A DNA stretch of 33,843 bases from Bigelowiella natans CCMP2755 (taxonomy: Eukaryota > Protista > Cercozoa), in assembly GCA_000320545.1 (NCBI GenBank), contig ADNK01002886.1, positions 1 through 33,843 of the forward strand. The letters are read 5' to 3'. Below, in pieces: positions 32,669 to 33,843 of this stretch; positions within the stretch are counted from its first letter, which is position 1, and each line of letters starts with the position of its first letter. The translations under genes were made by a program, and so were the position numbers. The notes under the pieces were generated by a model. That model ran no database searches. It worked only from the letters and a program-made list of their open reading frames with translations, and had not been told where the DNA came from.

Positions 32669-33587
32669 TGATTTTATTGATTCACAATTAAATTAAAAGG
32701 ATGTTCATATCTTTGTGTAATCTTAAATGAAGGCCTCATCGAGCGTTATACCGAAATTGACCCCGATATTCAGATTACATGTAAAGATGATAATATCAAT
32801 TAAAACTAATGACAGTGTTTTCAATCACAAAGAAAACACAACGAATATAGAGGACTACAACGAAGAGTCATGTGAATAAATTATCTTGGCTTGGATTCTC
32901 TTTCCTTCCCCCACACTCTTTTTTATCTCAAATTCTACGAAACTAAAGTATATATTATGACATTAAAATATATGTGTGAGATAGTCCATGCAAAGGTGTG
33001 TGATCACGAATTTCTATACTTTTCCAGGCTACCGATACGGATACCAAGGCCTACTTCTTGGCGACAGCTTCAAAGTAGTAGTAGCAGTAGTAGTAGAAGT
33101 AAGAGTAGCATTCCCCCTTCCACGCTAATAAAGCCTATTTTGCAAACAATCATATCTACACGCACGTATGCACACTTACATAAATGATGTTCTTTTTTCT
33201 GAAAAAAGGTAAATTGGGAGATGAGACGTAAAGCGCACCTTCTACAGAATTATGGCGGTAATAAGTGGGTTGGGAGACCTGCCAAAACTAAAGAAGAAAG
33301 AAGCAACCACGAAATCATCTAGATGATGCACTAAAATGATAACCGTCTTATGCCTGCTCGCGTCGTATTAGACGAACAGTCTGATTCCATAGCTTGCAAG
33401 CTGTCGCTTCTTGTCCTTCTTCATATTGACTATTGCTGTGCCCCTTCCCGCTCCCTCCCTCCCTCTGAAAGGTTCCCCGATTGGAAATTCCCGTGTGAAG
33501 CTGAAGAATGTCAAAGACTGTGTTAAGAGAAAGCTGGTCAAAGAAGGCCAAAACCCACAAGACGTTGCTTGTGAGCGCCTTGTCAAG
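32273..33587 (+). CDS. pfp: Pyrophosphate-dependent phosphofructokinase (Propionibacterium-type, clade P), 5' part; continues beyond the window
   Basis: Exons 32273-32374, 32469-32523 (VGILTAGGLAPCLSSAVG), 32733-32780 (LIERYTEIDP), 33028-33074 (YRYGYQGLLLGD), 33209-33257, 33472-33587 (GSPIGNSRVKLKNVKDCVKR). Confidence 0.92.
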
Positions 33588-33597
33588 GTACTTGTGC

Positions 33598-33665
<68 letters not shown>

Positions 33666-33843
33666 CTTCCTCACGAGTAGCAGCAGCGGCAATACGGTCT
33701 TATTTATGAATTTAGCGTTAATATCGCCGAGGAGTTTCTTGCATGATATGAAGGTGAACATGATTGTTGCTTTTGTTGATCTCTCTTTTAATGGATTCCT
33801 CACTCTACACACACACACACACACACACGGCACACATACACAC

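Overview
Eukaryotic (protist-like) nuclear DNA with GT-AG introns full of microsatellites. From left to right it holds: the 3' part of a cytosolic isoleucyl-tRNA synthetase gene (14-6774); a degenerate island (~6890-16900) containing a relic minus-strand gene, into which a young Ty3/Gypsy LTR retrotransposon has inserted (9552-16006; 326-bp LTRs identical by eye, GCTC target-site duplication, internal 742-bp rearrangement); a type-I membrane protein gene with Cys-containing repeats and a Ser/Thr/Pro stalk; a CYP120/CYP26-like P450 with an in-frame stop; a secreted beta-lactamase-family serine hydrolase; a multi-pass membrane protein; and the 5' part of a Propionibacterium-type PPi-dependent phosphofructokinase. 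The strongest unexplained signal is three discrete islands in which TpA has almost vanished except in CTAG, TG/CA are abundant, CpG is retained, and relic ORFs lose Tyr and gain His/Cys. A local duplication shows TA versus TG/CA substitutions directly. This looks like a region-targeted A-to-G (TA->TG/CA) hypermutation, the reverse of fungal RIP. The unmutated Gypsy element inside one island carries a C-terminal domain resembling the N6-adenine methyltransferase domain of DIRS retroelements, and an integrase with DD(27)E spacing. All alignments and counts were done by eye; no database search was run.
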